Origin: Eledone cirrhosa
Lineage: Eukaryota
Assembly (NCBI GenBank): GCA_964016885.1
Contig: OZ024742.1
Span: forward strand, 111,104,001-111,168,000
Reading direction: 5' to 3'
Length of the DNA stretch: 64,000 nt
The notes under the pieces were generated by a model. It saw nothing but the letters and a program-made list of their open reading frames with translations. It ran no database searches and was not told the DNA's origin. This document shows, piece by piece, positions 13,416 to 30,200 of the stretch. How positions within the stretch are numbered: position 1 is the stretch's first letter; each line of letters opens with the position of its first letter. The translations under genes and the position numbers were made by a program.

Positions 13416-14455
13416 ATGTCAATAATTGTCACAAGTGTAGTGTTTGTACCAGAGTTTTCAAGTCGCTGGCTGAACTAAAACGTCGCACTCGTTCAGCGCA
13501 TCGGTAGGGGTTCTCCTACATGGATATAAAGTAGTGACTGTACTCGAAAACGAGTTGGAAGCCACCATGTATGTATGTATGTATGTATGTATGTATGTAT
13601 GTATGTATGTATGTATGTATGTATGTATGCATGTATGTATGTTAGATTGGCTCAGTGCACAGTCTTTCCTCACTTTAAAAAATATCTTCACGCAGAGGCA
13701 TTGCGCGATAGGATTAATTAATAATTACTAATAATGGTATATCGTGCAATGGCCATATTCGGTAACGAGGGGGCAGCCATCATGTATGTATGTATGTATG
13801 TATGTATGTATGTATGTATGTATGTATGTATGTATGTATGTATGTCAGGTCACCACTTGGTGCTACTGGTAACATGTATCCCAGTACAACCTGTTTCATG
13901 GTCGGGTCGTTGGCGACTAAACTGGCAACCCCACCAAGGTTTCTTGGTGAGGAGGGTGACTTTGGACATCCTGCAGGACTAAAAACAAAACCTGTCAAAG
14001 GGCAAAGGAGCTCTTAAGAGTCAATGGCCATCCAAAATCACTGGGAGAGATGACCCCTTAGCCTTTGTCAAGGCAGAATTCTAGGAGAAGGAAAACTCTG
14101 ATATAACACCTGCAACCCTGATGGTATCCAATGATGTTGACTTGTTCTTCTTTTTGGTAAATATCATCTTGGTTAAGAGAGTGGGACTGGCTTTGTGCAG
14201 TGCCTTTGCTCACTATAAAAGCTTCACGGCACAGGCATTGCTTTATATCTGGAGATCTCTCTGCACTTGCCGTCACATGGTACCATGGGCCCAGCACTAT
14301 GTGTCAATAATTGTCACAAGTGTAGTGTTTGTACCAGAGTTTTCAAGTCGCTGGCTGGACTAAAAAGTCACACTCGTTCAGCGCATCGGTAGGGGTTCTC
14401 CTACATGGATATAAAGTAGTGGCCGTACTCGAAAACGAGTTGGCAGCCACCATGT
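13416..14455 (+). mobile_element. Cluster of non-autonomous retroposon copies with (TGTA)n tails: a 3' fragment at 13416-13570, a related end at ~13645-13783 and a longer copy at 13846-14455
   Basis: ~155-bp direct repeat TGTCAATAATTGTCACAAG...GCAGCCACCATGTATGTA at 13416 and 14301. The longer copy has a structured GC-rich 5' part and GGAGAAGGAAAACTCTGATATAA, resembling RTE-type 5' UTRs (recognition from memory, not searched). Confidence 0.6.
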
Positions 14456-14559
14456 ATGTATGTATGTATGTGTGTATGTATGTATGTAAGCATGTATGAA
14501 TGTATGCATGTATGTTGTGAATAGATGCTACAAAATACTGGCTGTAGTTATTCACGTAT

Positions 14560-15213
14560 GAGCTACCAAAGCGTATTGACAATATCTTTATAGATGATCT
14601 TAAATTCATAAAAAAAACCCCAACACTTCATGTTAGATGTAAAAGCCTATCGACAAAAATTAGGAACAGTCATGACAATAAAAGTTTAACTAACATATGC
14701 CAACTTAGTCAAAGGATACCATGATTTACAAATCTACACACAAACCTCACAAATTTAGGAAAGTGAATTCGTTTGTTATATAAAAGAAAAATAGAAAAGA
14801 TATATGGATGACTATTTTATTTGTATGTGTGTGTGTTGACAAACGAACAGACAGTTCGAAACCATCATCAATAACATCCATTTCTCAATGGATTTTAGGA
14901 ACGAAAACTTTCCCTTCTTAGACATACTAATAAAATAAAAGATAAATCTGACATATACTTCAAATCTACCGGCTCCCAACAATATTTTCTTTTTAGTTCT
15001 CCTCATCAAACACACAGCCGTACCAATATTCCACTTAAGTTAGCTAAGTTAATCTGCACAATAGTCTCAACCCAACAATACGAGGCAACAGAAGCAGAAA
15101 GTAATCAATAATAGCATTTAAAATCATGAAAATTTATATCAAAGGAACAAAAAGAAAAAAAGGAAAAAATGGCCATACCATATATTTCAAGTTTTAAGCC
15201 AAAGAACCCAGAC
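14560..15213 (+). mobile_element. Penelope-like element (Neptune-like), degraded RT core and thumb; left half of the element split by the satellite
   Basis: Manual translation: LGTVM..TYANLVKGY, KRYMDDYFI (YMDD at 14801-14812), NNIHFSM..FPFLDILIK, SDIYFKSTGSQQYFLFSSPHQTHSRTNIPLKLAKLICTIVS, IPYISSFKPKNPD. Not shown in the ORF track because of stops. Confidence 0.88.
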
Positions 15214-18200
15214 AACTAAACATATACAACCAAAACCAGACATATACACATACAGCCAAACCCAGACATCTATACAACCAAACCTAGACATCTACACATA
15301 CAACCAAACCTAGACATCTACATATACAACCAAACCCAGACATCTACACATACAACCAAACCAAGACATCTACATATACAACCAAACCTAGACATATACA
15401 CATACAACCAAACCCAGACATCTATACAACCAAACCCAGACATCTACACATACAACCAAACCCAGACATCTACACATACAACCAAACCAAGACATCTACA
15501 TATATAACCAAACCTAGACATCTACACATACAACCAAACCTAGACATCTACACATACAACCAAACCAAGACATCTACATATACAACCAAACCAAGACATC
15601 TACATATATAACCAAACCTAGACATATACACATACAACCAAACCCAGACATCTACACATACAACCAAACCCAGACATCTACACATACAACCAAACTCAGA
15701 CATCTACATATACAACCAAACCAAGACATCTACACATACAACCAAACCAAGACATCTACATATATAACCAAACCTAGACATCTACACATACAACCAAACC
15801 TAGACATCTACACATACAACCAAACCAAGACATCTACATATACAACCAAACCAAGACATCTACATATATAACCAAACCTAGACATAAACACATACAACCA
15901 AACCCAGACATCTACACATACAACCAAACCCAGACATCTACACATACAACCAAACTCAGACATCTACATATACAACCAAACCCAGACATCTACACATACA
16001 ACCAAACCCAGACATCTACATATACAACCAAACCCAGACATCTACACATACAACCAAACCCAGACATCTACATATACAACCAAACCTAGACATCTACACA
16101 TAGAACCAAACCCAGACATCTACATATACAACCAAACCTAGACATCTACACATACAACCAAACCAAGACATCTACATATACAACCAAACCCAGACATCTA
16201 CATATACAACCAAACCTAGACATCTACACATACAACCAAACCCAGACATCTACACATACAACCAAACCCAGACATCTACATATACAACCAAACCTAGACA
16301 TCTACACATAAACCAAACCTAGACATCTACACACATACAACAAAACCTAGACATCTACATATACAACCAAACTCAGACATCTACATATACAACCAAACCT
16401 AGACATTTACACATACAACCAAACTCAGACATCTAAACATACAACCAAACCTAGACATCTACACATATACAACCAAACCTAGACATCTACATATACAACC
16501 AAACCCACACATCTACACATACAACCAAACCTAGACATCTACACATACAACCAAACCTAGACATCTACACATACAACCAAACCCAGACATCTACATATAC
16601 AACCAAACCTAGACATCTACACATACAACCAAACCTAGACATCTACATATACAACCAAACCTAGACATCTACTTATACAAAAAAACCTAGACATCTACAT
16701 ATACAACAAACCTAGACATCTACTTATACAAAAATCCCAGACATCTACACATACAACCAAACCCAGACATCTACACATACAACCAAACCCAGACATCTAC
16801 ACATACAACCAAACCCAGACATCTACACATACAACCAAACTCAGACATCTACATATACAACCAAACCTAGACATCTACACATACAACCAAACCAAGACAT
16901 CTACATATACAACCAAACCTAGACATCTACATATATAACCAAACCTAGACATATACACATACAACCAAACCCAGACATCTACATATACAACCAAACCTAG
17001 ACATCTACACATACAACCAAACCCAGACATCTACACATACAACCAAACCCAGACATCTACATATACAACCAAACCTAGACATCTACATATAAACCAAACC
17101 TAGACATCTACACACATACAACAAAACCTAGACATCTACATATACAACCAAACTCAGACATCTACATATACAACCAAACCTAGACATTTACACATACAAC
17201 CAAACTCAGACATCTAAACATACAACCAAACCCAGACATCTACATATACAACCAAACCTAGACATCTACACATACAACCAAACCTAGACATCTACATATA
17301 CAACCAAACCTAGACATCTACTTATACAAAAAAACCTAGACATCTACATATACAACAAACCTAGACATCTACTTATACAAAAATCCCAGACATCTGCATA
17401 TACAACCAAACCTAGACATCTACACATAAACCAAACCTAGACATCTACACACATACAACAAAACCTAGACATCTACATATACAACCAAACTCAGACATCT
17501 ACATATACAACCAAACCTAGACATTTACACATGCAACCAAACTCAGACATCTAAACATACAACCAAACCTAGACATCTACACATATACAACCAAACCTAG
17601 ACATCTACATATACAACCAAACCCACACATCTACACATACAACCAAACCTAGACATCTACACATACAACCAAACCTAGACATCTACACATACAACCAAAC
17701 CCAGACATCTACATATACAACAAAACCTAGACATCTACACATACAACCAAACCAAGACATCTACATATACAACCAAACCTAGACATCTACACATACAACC
17801 AAACCTAGACATTTACACATACAACCAAACCTAGACATCTACACATACAACCAAACCCAGACATCTACATATACAACCAAACCTAGACATCTACACATAC
17901 AACCAAACCCAGACATCTACATATACAACCAAAACCAGACATCTACATATACAACCAAACCTAGACATCTACACATAAACCAAACCTAGACATCTACACA
18001 CATACAACAAAACCTAGACATCTACACATACAACCAAACTCAGACATCTACACATACAACGAAACCTAGACATCTACACATACAACCAAACCTAGACATC
18101 TACACATACAACCAAACCCAGACATCTACATATACAACCACACCTAGACATCTACATATACAACCAAACCTAGACATCTACTCATACAACCAAACCCAGA

Positions 18201-21200
18201 CATCTACACATACAACCAAACCCAGACATCTACACATACAGCCAAACCCAGACATCTACACATACAACCAAACCTAGACTTCTACATATACAACCAAACC
18301 CAGACATCTACATATACAACCAAACCTAGACATCTACATATACAACCAAACCTAGACATATACACATACAACCAAACCCAGACATCTATACAACCAAACC
18401 CAGACATCTACACATACAACCAAACCCAGACATCTACACATACAACCAAACCAAGACATCTACATATATAACCAAACCTAGACATCTACACATACATCCA
18501 AACCTAGACATCTACACATACAACCAAACCAAGACATCTACATATACAACCAAACCAAGACATCTACATATATAACCAAACCTAGACATATACACATACA
18601 ACCAAACCCAGGCATCTACACATACAACCAAACCCAGACATCTACACATACAACCAAACTCAGACATCTACATATACAACCAAACCCAGACATCTACACA
18701 TACAACCAAACCCAGACATCTACATATACAACCAAACCCAGACATCTACACATACAACCAAACCCAGACATCTACATATACAACCAAACCTAGACATCTA
18801 CACATAGAACCAAACCCAGACATCTACATATACAACCAAACCTAGACATCTACACATACAACCAAACCAAGACATCTACATATACAACCAAACCCAGACA
18901 TCTACATATACAACCAAACCTAGACATCTACACATACAACCAAACCCAGACATCTACACATACAACCAAACCCAGACATCTACATATACAACCAAACCTA
19001 GACATCTACACATAAACCAAACCTAGACATCTACACACATACAACAAAACCTAGACATCTACATATACAACCAAACTCAGACATCTACATATACAACCAA
19101 ACCTAGACATTTACACATACAACCAAACTCAGACATCTAATCATACAACCAAACCTAGACATCTACACATATACAACCAAACCTAGACATCTACATATAC
19201 AACCAAACCCACACATCTACACATACAACCAAACCTAGACATCTACACATACAACCAAACCTAGACATCTACACATACAACCAAACCCAGACATCTACAT
19301 ATACAACCAAACCTAGACATCTACACATACAACCAAACTTAGACATCTACATATACAACCAAACCTAGACATCTACTTATACAAAAAAACCTAGACATCT
19401 ACATATACAACAAACCTAGACATCTACTTATACAAAAATCCCAGACATCTACACATACAACCAAACCCAGACATCTACACATACAACCAAACCCAGACAT
19501 CTACACATACAACCAAACCCAGACATCTACACATACAACCAAACTCAGACATCTACATATACAACCAAACCTAGACATCTACACATACAACCAAACCAAG
19601 ACATCTACATATACAACCAAACCTAGACATCTACATATATAACCAAACCTAGACATATACACATACAACCAAACCCAGACATCTACATATACAACCAAAC
19701 CTAGACATCTACACATACAACCAAACCCAGACATCTACACATACAACCAAACCCAGACATCTACATATACAACCAAACCTAGACATCTACACATAAACCA
19801 AACCTAGACATCTACACACATACAACAAAACCTAGACATCTACATATACAACCAAACTCAGACATCTACATATACAACCAAACCTAGACATTTACACATA
19901 CAACCAAACTCAGACATCTAAACATACAACCAAACCCAGACATCTACATATACAACCAAACCTAGACATCTACACATACAACCAAACCTAGACATCTACA
20001 TATACAACCAAACCTAGACATCTACTTATACAAAAAAACCTAGACATCTACATATACAACAAACCTAGACATCTACTTATACAAAAATCCCAGACATCTA
20101 CATATACAACCAAACCTAGACATCTACACATAAACCAAACCTAGACATCTACACACATACAACAAAACCTAGACATCTACATATACAACCAAACTCAGAC
20201 ATCTACATATACAACCAAACCTAGACATTTACACATACAACCAAACTCAGACATCTAAACATACAACCAAACCTAGACATCTACACATATACAACCAAAC
20301 CTAGACATCTACATATACAACCAAACCCACACATCTACACATACAACCAAACCTAGACATCTACACATACAACCAAACCTAGACATCTACACATACAACC
20401 AAACCCAGACATCTACATATACAACAAAACCTAGACATCTACACATACAACCAAACCAAGACATCTACATATACAACCAAACCTAGACATCTACACATAC
20501 AACCAAACCTAGACATTTACACATACAACCAAACCTAGACATCTACACATACAACCAAACCCAGACATCTACATATACAACCAAACCTAGACATCTACAC
20601 ATACAACCAAACCCAGACATCTACATATACAACCAAAACCAGACATCTACATATACAACCAAACCTAGACATCTACACATAAACCAAACCTAGACATCTA
20701 CACACATACAACAAAACCTAGACATCTACACATACAACCAAACTCAGACATCTACACATACAACGAAACCTAGACATCTACACATACAACCAAACCTAGA
20801 CATCTACACATACAACCAAACCCAGACATCTACATATACAACCACACCTAGACATCTACATATACAACCAAACCTAGACATCTACTCATACAACCAAACC
20901 CAGACATCTACACATACAACCAAACCCAGACATCTACACATACAACCAAACCCAGACATCTACACATACAACCAAACCTAGACTTCTACATATACAACCA
21001 AACCCAGACATCTACATATACAACCAAACCTAGACATCTACATATACAACCAAACCTAGACATCTACATATACAACCAAACCTAGACATGTACTTATACA
21101 ACCAAACCCAGACATCTACTTATACAACCAAACCCAGACATCTACTTATACAACCAAACCTAGACATTTACACATACAACCAAACCTAGACATCTACACA

Positions 21201-24200
21201 TACAACCAAACCCAGACATCTACATATACAACCAAACCTAGACATCTACACATACAACCAAACCCAGACATCTACATATACAACCAAAACCAGACATCTA
21301 CATATACAACCAAACCTAGACATCTACACATAAACCAAACCTAGACATCTACACACATACAACAAAACCTAGACATCTACACATACAACCAAACTCAGAC
21401 ATCTACACATACAACGAAACCTAGACATCTACACATACAACCAAACCTAGACATCTACACATACAACCAAACCCAGACATCTACATATACAACCACACCT
21501 AGACATCTACATATACAACCAAACCTAGACATCTACTCATACAACCAAACCCAGACATCTACACATACAACCAAACCCAGACATCTACACATACAGCCAA
21601 ACCCAGACATCTACACATACAACCAAACCTAGACTTCTACATATACAACCAAACCCAGACATCTACATATACAACCAAACCTAGACATCTACATATACAA
21701 CCAAACCTAGACATATACACATACAACCAAACCCAGACATCTATACAACCAAACCCAGACATCTACACATACAACCAAACCCAGACATCTACACATACAA
21801 CCAAACCAAGACATCTACATATATAACCAAACCTAGACATCTACACCTACATCCAAACCTAGACATCTACACATACAACCAAACCAAGACATCTACATAT
21901 ACAACCAAACCAAGACATCTACATATATAACCAAACCTAGACATATACACATACAACCAAACCCAGGCATCTACACATACAACCAAACCCAGACATCTAC
22001 ACATACAACCAAACTCAGACATCTACATATACAACCAAACCCAGACATCTACACATACAACCAAACCCAGACATCTACATATACAACCAAACCCAGACAT
22101 CTACACATACAACCAAACCCAGACATCTACATATACAACCAAACCTAGACATCTACACATAGAACCAAACCCAGACATCTACATATACAACCAAACCTAG
22201 ACATCTACACATACAACCAAACCAAGACATCTACATATACAACCAAACCCAGACATCTACATATACAACCAAACCTAGACATCTACACATACAACCAAAC
22301 CCAGACATCTACACATACAACCAAACCCAGACATCTACATATACAACCAAACCTAGACATCTACACATAAACCAAACCTAGACATCTACACACATACAAC
22401 AAAACCTAGACATCTACATATACAACCAAACTCAGACATCTACATATACAACCAAACCTAGACATTTACACATACAACCAAACTCAGACATCTAAACATA
22501 CAACCAAACCTAGACATCTACACATATACAACCAAACCTAGACATCTACATATACAACCAAACCCACACATCTACACATACAACCAAACCTAGACATCTA
22601 CACATACAACCAAACCTAGACATCTACACATACAACCAAACCCAGACATCTACATATACAACCAAACCTAGACATCTACACATACAACCAAACCTAGACA
22701 TCTACATATACAACCAAACCTAGACATCTACTTATACAAAAAAACCTAGACATCTACATATACAACAAACCTAGACATCTACTTATACAAAAATCCCAGA
22801 CATCTACACATACAACCAAACCCAGACATCTACACATACAACCAAACCCAGACATCTACACATACAACCAAACCCAGACATCTACACATACAACCAAACT
22901 CAGACATCTACACATACAACCAAACCCAGACATCTACACATACAACCAAACTCAGACATCTACATATACAACCAAACCTAGACATCTACACATATAAACC
23001 AAACGAAGACATCTACATATACAACCAAACCTAGACATCTACATATATAACCAAACCTAGACATATACACATACAACCAAACCCAGACATCTACATATAC
23101 AACCAAACCTAGACATCTACACATACAACCAAACCCAGACATCTACACATACAACCAAACCCAGACATCTACATATACAACCAAACCTAGACATCTACAC
23201 ATAAACCAAACCTAGACATCTACACACATACAACAAACCTAGACATCTACATATACAACCAAACTCAGACATCTACATATACAACCAAACCTAGACATTT
23301 ACACATACAACCAAACTCAGACATCTAAACATACAACCAAACCCAGACATCTACATATACAACCAAACCTAGACATCTACACATACAACCAAACCTAGAC
23401 ATCTACATATACAACCAAACCTAGACATCTACTTATACAAAAAAACCTAGACATCTACATATACAACAAACCTAGACATCTACTTATACAAAAATCCCAG
23501 ACATCTACATATACAACCAAACCTAGACATCTACACATAAACCAAACCTAGACATCTACACACATACAACAAAACCTAGACATCTACATATACAACCAAA
23601 CTCAGACATCTACATATACAACCAAACCTAGACATTTACACATACAACCAAACTCAGACATCTAAACATACAACCAAACCTAGACATCTACACATATACA
23701 ACCAAACCTAGACATCTACATATACAACCAAACCCACACATCTACACATACAACCAAACCTAGACATCTACACATACAACCAAACCTAGACATCTACACA
23801 TACAACCAAACCCAGACATCTACATATACAACAAAACCTAGACATCTACACATACAACCAAACCAAGACATCTACATATACAACCAAACCTAGACATCTA
23901 CACATACAACCAAACCTAGACATTTACACATACAACCAAACCTAGACATCTACACATACAACCAAACCCAGACATCTACATATACAACCAAACCTAGACA
24001 TCTACACATACAACCAAACCCAGACATCTACATATACAACCAAAACCAGACATCTACATATACAACCAAACCTAGACATCTACACATAAACCAAACCTAG
24101 ACATCTACACACATACAACAAAACCTAGACATCTACACATACAACCAAACTCAGACATCTACACATACAACGAAACCTAGACATCTACACATACAACCAA

Positions 24201-27200
24201 ACCTAGACATCTACACATACAACCAAACCCAGACATCTACATATACAACCACACCTAGACATCTACATATACAACCAAACCTAGACATCTACTCATACAA
24301 CCAAACCCAGACATCTACACATACAACCAAACCCAGACATCTACACATACAACCAAACCCAGACATCTACACATACAACCAAACCTAGACTTATACATAT
24401 ACAACCAAACCCAGACATCTACATATACAACCAAACCTAGACATCTACATATACAACCAAACCTAGACATCTACATATACAACCAAACCTAGACATGTAC
24501 TTATACAACCAAACCCAGACATCTACTTATACAACCAAACCCAGACATCTACACATACAACCAAACCCAGACATCTACATATACAACCAAACCTAGACAT
24601 CTACATATACAACCAAACCTAATCATCTACTTATACAACCAAACCCAGACATCTACACATACAACCAACCCAGACATCTACACATACAACCAAACCCAGA
24701 CATCTACACATACAACCAAACCTAGACATCTACACATACAACCAAACCTAGACATCTACATATACAACCAAACCCAGACATCTACACATACCACCAAACC
24801 CAGACAACTACATATACAACCAAACCTAGACATCTACATATACAACCAAACCCAGACGTCATAACACATACAACAAAACCTAGACATTTACACATACAAC
24901 CAAACCTAGACATCTACACATACAACCAAACCCAGACATCTACACATACAACCAAACCCAGACATCTACATATACAACCAAACCCAGACATCTACACATA
25001 CCACCAAACCCAGACAACTACATATACAACCAAACCTAGACATCTACATATACAACCAAACCCAGACGTCATAACACATACAACAAAACCTAGACATTTA
25101 CACATACAACCAAACCTAGACATCTACACATACAACCAAACCCAGACATCTACACATACAACCAAACCCAGACATCTACATATACAACCAAACCCAGACA
25201 TCTACACATACAACCAAACCCAGACATCTACACATACAACCAAACCCAGACATCTACATATACAACCAAACCTAGACATCTACACATACAACCAAACCTA
25301 GACATCTACATATACAACCAAACCCACACATCTACACATACAACCAAACCTAGACATCTACACATACAACCAAACCTAGACATCTACACATACAACCAAA
25401 CCCAGACATCTACATATACAACCAAACCTAGACATCTACACATACAACCAAACCTAGACATCTACATATACAACCAAACCTAGACATCTACTTATACAAA
25501 AAAACCTAGACATCTACATATACAACAAACCTAGACATCTACTTATACAAAAATCCCAGACATCTACACATACAACCAAACCCAGACATCTACACATACA
25601 ACCAAACCCAGACATCTACACATACAACCAAACCCAGACATCTACACATACAACCAAACTCAGACATCTACATATACAACCAAACCTAGACATCTACACA
25701 TACAACCAAACCAAGACATCTACATATACAACCAAACCTAGACATCTACATATATAACCAAACCTAGACATATACACATACAACCAAACCCAGACATCTA
25801 CATATACAACCAAACCTAGACATCTACACATACAACCAAACCCAGACATCTACACATACAACCAAACCCAGACATCTACATATACAACCAAACCTAGACA
25901 TCTACATATAAACCAAACCTAGACATCTACACACATACAACAAAACCTAGACATCTACATATACAACCAAACTCAGACATCTACATATACAACCAAACCT
26001 AGACATTTACACATACAACCAAACTCAGACATCTAAACATACAACCAAACCCAGACATCTACATATACAACCAAACCTAGACATCTACACATACAACCAA
26101 ACCTAGACATCTACATATACAACCAAACCTAGACATCTACTTATACAAAAAAACCTAGACATCTACATATACAACAAACCTAGACATCTACTTATACAAA
26201 AATCCCAGACATCTACATATACAACCAAACCTAGACATCTACACATAAACCAAACCTAGACATCTACACACATACAACAAACCTAGACATCTACATATAC
26301 AACCAAACTCAGACATCTACATATACAACCAAACCTAGACATTTACACATACAACCAAACTCAGACATCTAAACATACAACCAAACCCAGACATCTACAT
26401 ATACAACCAAACCTAGACATCTACACATACAACCAAACCTAGACATCTACATATACAACCAAACCTAGACATCTACTTATACAAAAAAACCTAGACATCT
26501 ACATATACAACAAACCTAGACATCTACTTATACAAAAATCCCAGACATCTACATATACAACCAAACCTAGACATCTACACATAAACCAAACCTAGACATC
26601 TACACACATACAACAAAACCTAGACATCTACATATACAACCAAACTCAGACATCTACATATACAACCAAACCTAGACATTTACACATACAACCAAACTCA
26701 GACATCTAAACATACAACCAAACCTAGACATCTACACATATACAACCAAACCTAGACATCTACATATACAACCAAACCCACACATCTACACATACAACCA
26801 AACCTAGACATCTACACATACAACCAAACCTAGACATCTACACATACAACCAAACCCAGACATCTACATATACAACAAAACCTAGACATCTACACATACA
26901 ACCAAACCAAGACATCTACATATACAACCAAACCTAGACATCTACACATACAACCAAACCTAGACATTTACACATACAACCAAACCTAGACATCTACACA
27001 TACAACCAAACCCAGACATCTACATATACAACCAAACCTAGACATCTACACATACAACCAAACCCAGACATCTACATATACAACCAAAACCAGACATCTA
27101 CATATACAACCAAACCTAGACATCTACACATAAACCAAACCTAGACATCTACACACATACAACAAAACCTAGACATCTACACATACAACCAAACTCAGAC

Positions 27201-30200
27201 ATCTACACATACAACGAAACCTAGACATCTACACATACAACCAAACCTAGACATCTACACATACAACCAAACCCAGACATCTACATATACAACCACACCT
27301 AGACATCTACATATACAACCAAACCTAGACATCTACTCATACAACCAAACCCAGACATCTACACATACAACCAAACCCAGACATCTACACATACAACCAA
27401 ACCCAGACATCTACACATACAACCAAACCTAGACTTATACATATACAACCAAACCCAGACATCTACATATACAACCAAACCTAGACATCTACATATACAA
27501 CCAAACCTAGACATCTACATATACAACCAAACCTAGACATGTACTTATACAACCAAACCCAGACATCTACTTATACAACCAAACCCAGACATCTACACAT
27601 ACAACCAAACCCAGACATCTACATATACAACCAAACCTAGACATCTACATATACAACCAAACCTAATCATCTACTTATACAACCAAACCCAGACATCTAC
27701 ACATACAACCAACCCAGACATCTACACATACAACCAAACCCAGACATCTACACATACAACCAAACCTAGACATCTACACATACAACCAAACCTAGACATC
27801 TACATATACAACCAAACCCAGACATCTACACATACCACCAAACCCAGACAACTACATATACAACCAAACCTAGACATCTACATATACAACCAAACCCAGA
27901 CGTCATAACACATACAACAAAACCTAGACATTTACACATACAACCAAACCTAGACATCTACACATACAACCAAACCCAGACATCTACACATACAACCAAA
28001 CCCAGACATCTACATATACAACCAAACCCAGACATCTACACATACCACCAAACCCAGACAACTACATATACAACCAAACCTAGACATCTACATATACAAC
28101 CAAACCCAGACGTCATAACACATACAACAAAACCTAGACATTTACACATACAACCAAACCTAGACATCTACACATACAACCAAACCCAGACATCTACACA
28201 TACAACCAAACCCAGACATCTACATATACAACCAAACCCAGACATCTACACATACAACCAAACCCAGACATCTACACATACAACCAAACCCAGACATCTA
28301 CATATACAACCAAACCTAGACATCTACACATACAACCAAACCTAGACATCTACATATACAACCAAACCCACACATCTACACATACAACCAAACCTAGACA
28401 TCTACACATACAACCAAACCTAGACATCTACACATACAACCAAACCCAGACATCTACATATACAACCAAACCTAGACATCTACACATACAACCAAACCTA
28501 GACATCTACATATACAACCAAACCTAGACATCTACTTATACAAAAAAACCTAGACATCTACATATACAACAAACCTAGACATCTACTTATACAAAAATCC
28601 CAGACATCTACACATACAACCAAACCCAGACATCTACACATACAACCAAACCCAGACATCTACACATACAACCAAACCCAGACATCTACACATACAACCA
28701 AACTCAGACATCTACATATACAACCAAACCTAGACATCTACACATACAACCAAACCAAGACATCTACATATACAACCAAACCTAGACATCTACATATATA
28801 ACCAAACCTAGACATATACACATACAACCAAACCCAGACATCTACATATACAACCAAACCTAGACATCTACACATACAACCAAACCCAGACATCTACACA
28901 TACAACCAAACCCAGACATCTACATATACAACCAAACCTAGACATCTACATATAAACCAAACCTAGACATCTACACACATACAACAAAACCTAGACATCT
29001 ACATATACAACCAAACTCAGACATCTACATATACAACCAAACCTAGACATTTACACATACAACCAAACTCAGACATCTAAACATACAACCAAACCCAGAC
29101 ATCTACATATACAACCAAACCTAGACATCTACACATACAACCAAACCTAGACATCTACATATACAACCAAACCTAGACATCTACTTATACAAAAAAACCT
29201 AGACATCTACATATACAACAAACCTAGACATCTACTTATACAAAAATCCCAGACATCTACATATACAACCAAACCTAGACATCTACACATAAACCAAACC
29301 TAGACATCTACACACATACAACAAAACCTAGACATCTACATATACAACCAAACTCAGACATCTACATATACAACCAAACCTAGACATTTACACATGCAAC
29401 CAAACTCAGACATCTAAACATACAACCAAACCTAGACATCTACACATATACAACCAAACCTAGACATCTACATATACAACCAAACCCACACATCTACACA
29501 TACAACCAAACCTAGACATCTACACATACAACCAAACCTAGACATCTACACATACAACCAAACCCAGACATCTACATATACAACAAAACCTAGACATCTA
29601 CACATACAACCAAACCAAGACATCTACATATACAACCAAACCTAGACATCTACACATACAACCAAACCTAGACATTTACACATACAACCAAACCTAGACA
29701 TCTACACATACAACCAAACCCAGACATCTACATATACAACCAAACCTAGACATCTACACATACAACCAAACCCAGACATCTACATATACAACCAAAACCA
29801 GACATCTACATATACAACCAAACCTAGACATCTACACATAAACCAAACCTAGACATCTACACACATACAACAAAACCTAGACATCTACACATACAACCAA
29901 ACTCAGACATCTACACATACAACGAAACCTAGACATCTACACATACAACCAAACCTAGACATCTACACATACAACCAAACCCAGACATCTACATATACAA
30001 CCACACCTAGACATCTACATATACAACCAAACCTAGACATCTACTCATACAACCAAACCCAGACATCTACACATACAACCAAACCCAGACATCTACACAT
30101 ACAGCCAAACCCAGACATCTACACATACAACCAAACCTAGACTTCTACATATACAACCAAACCCAGACATCTACATATACAACCAAACCTAGACATCTAC

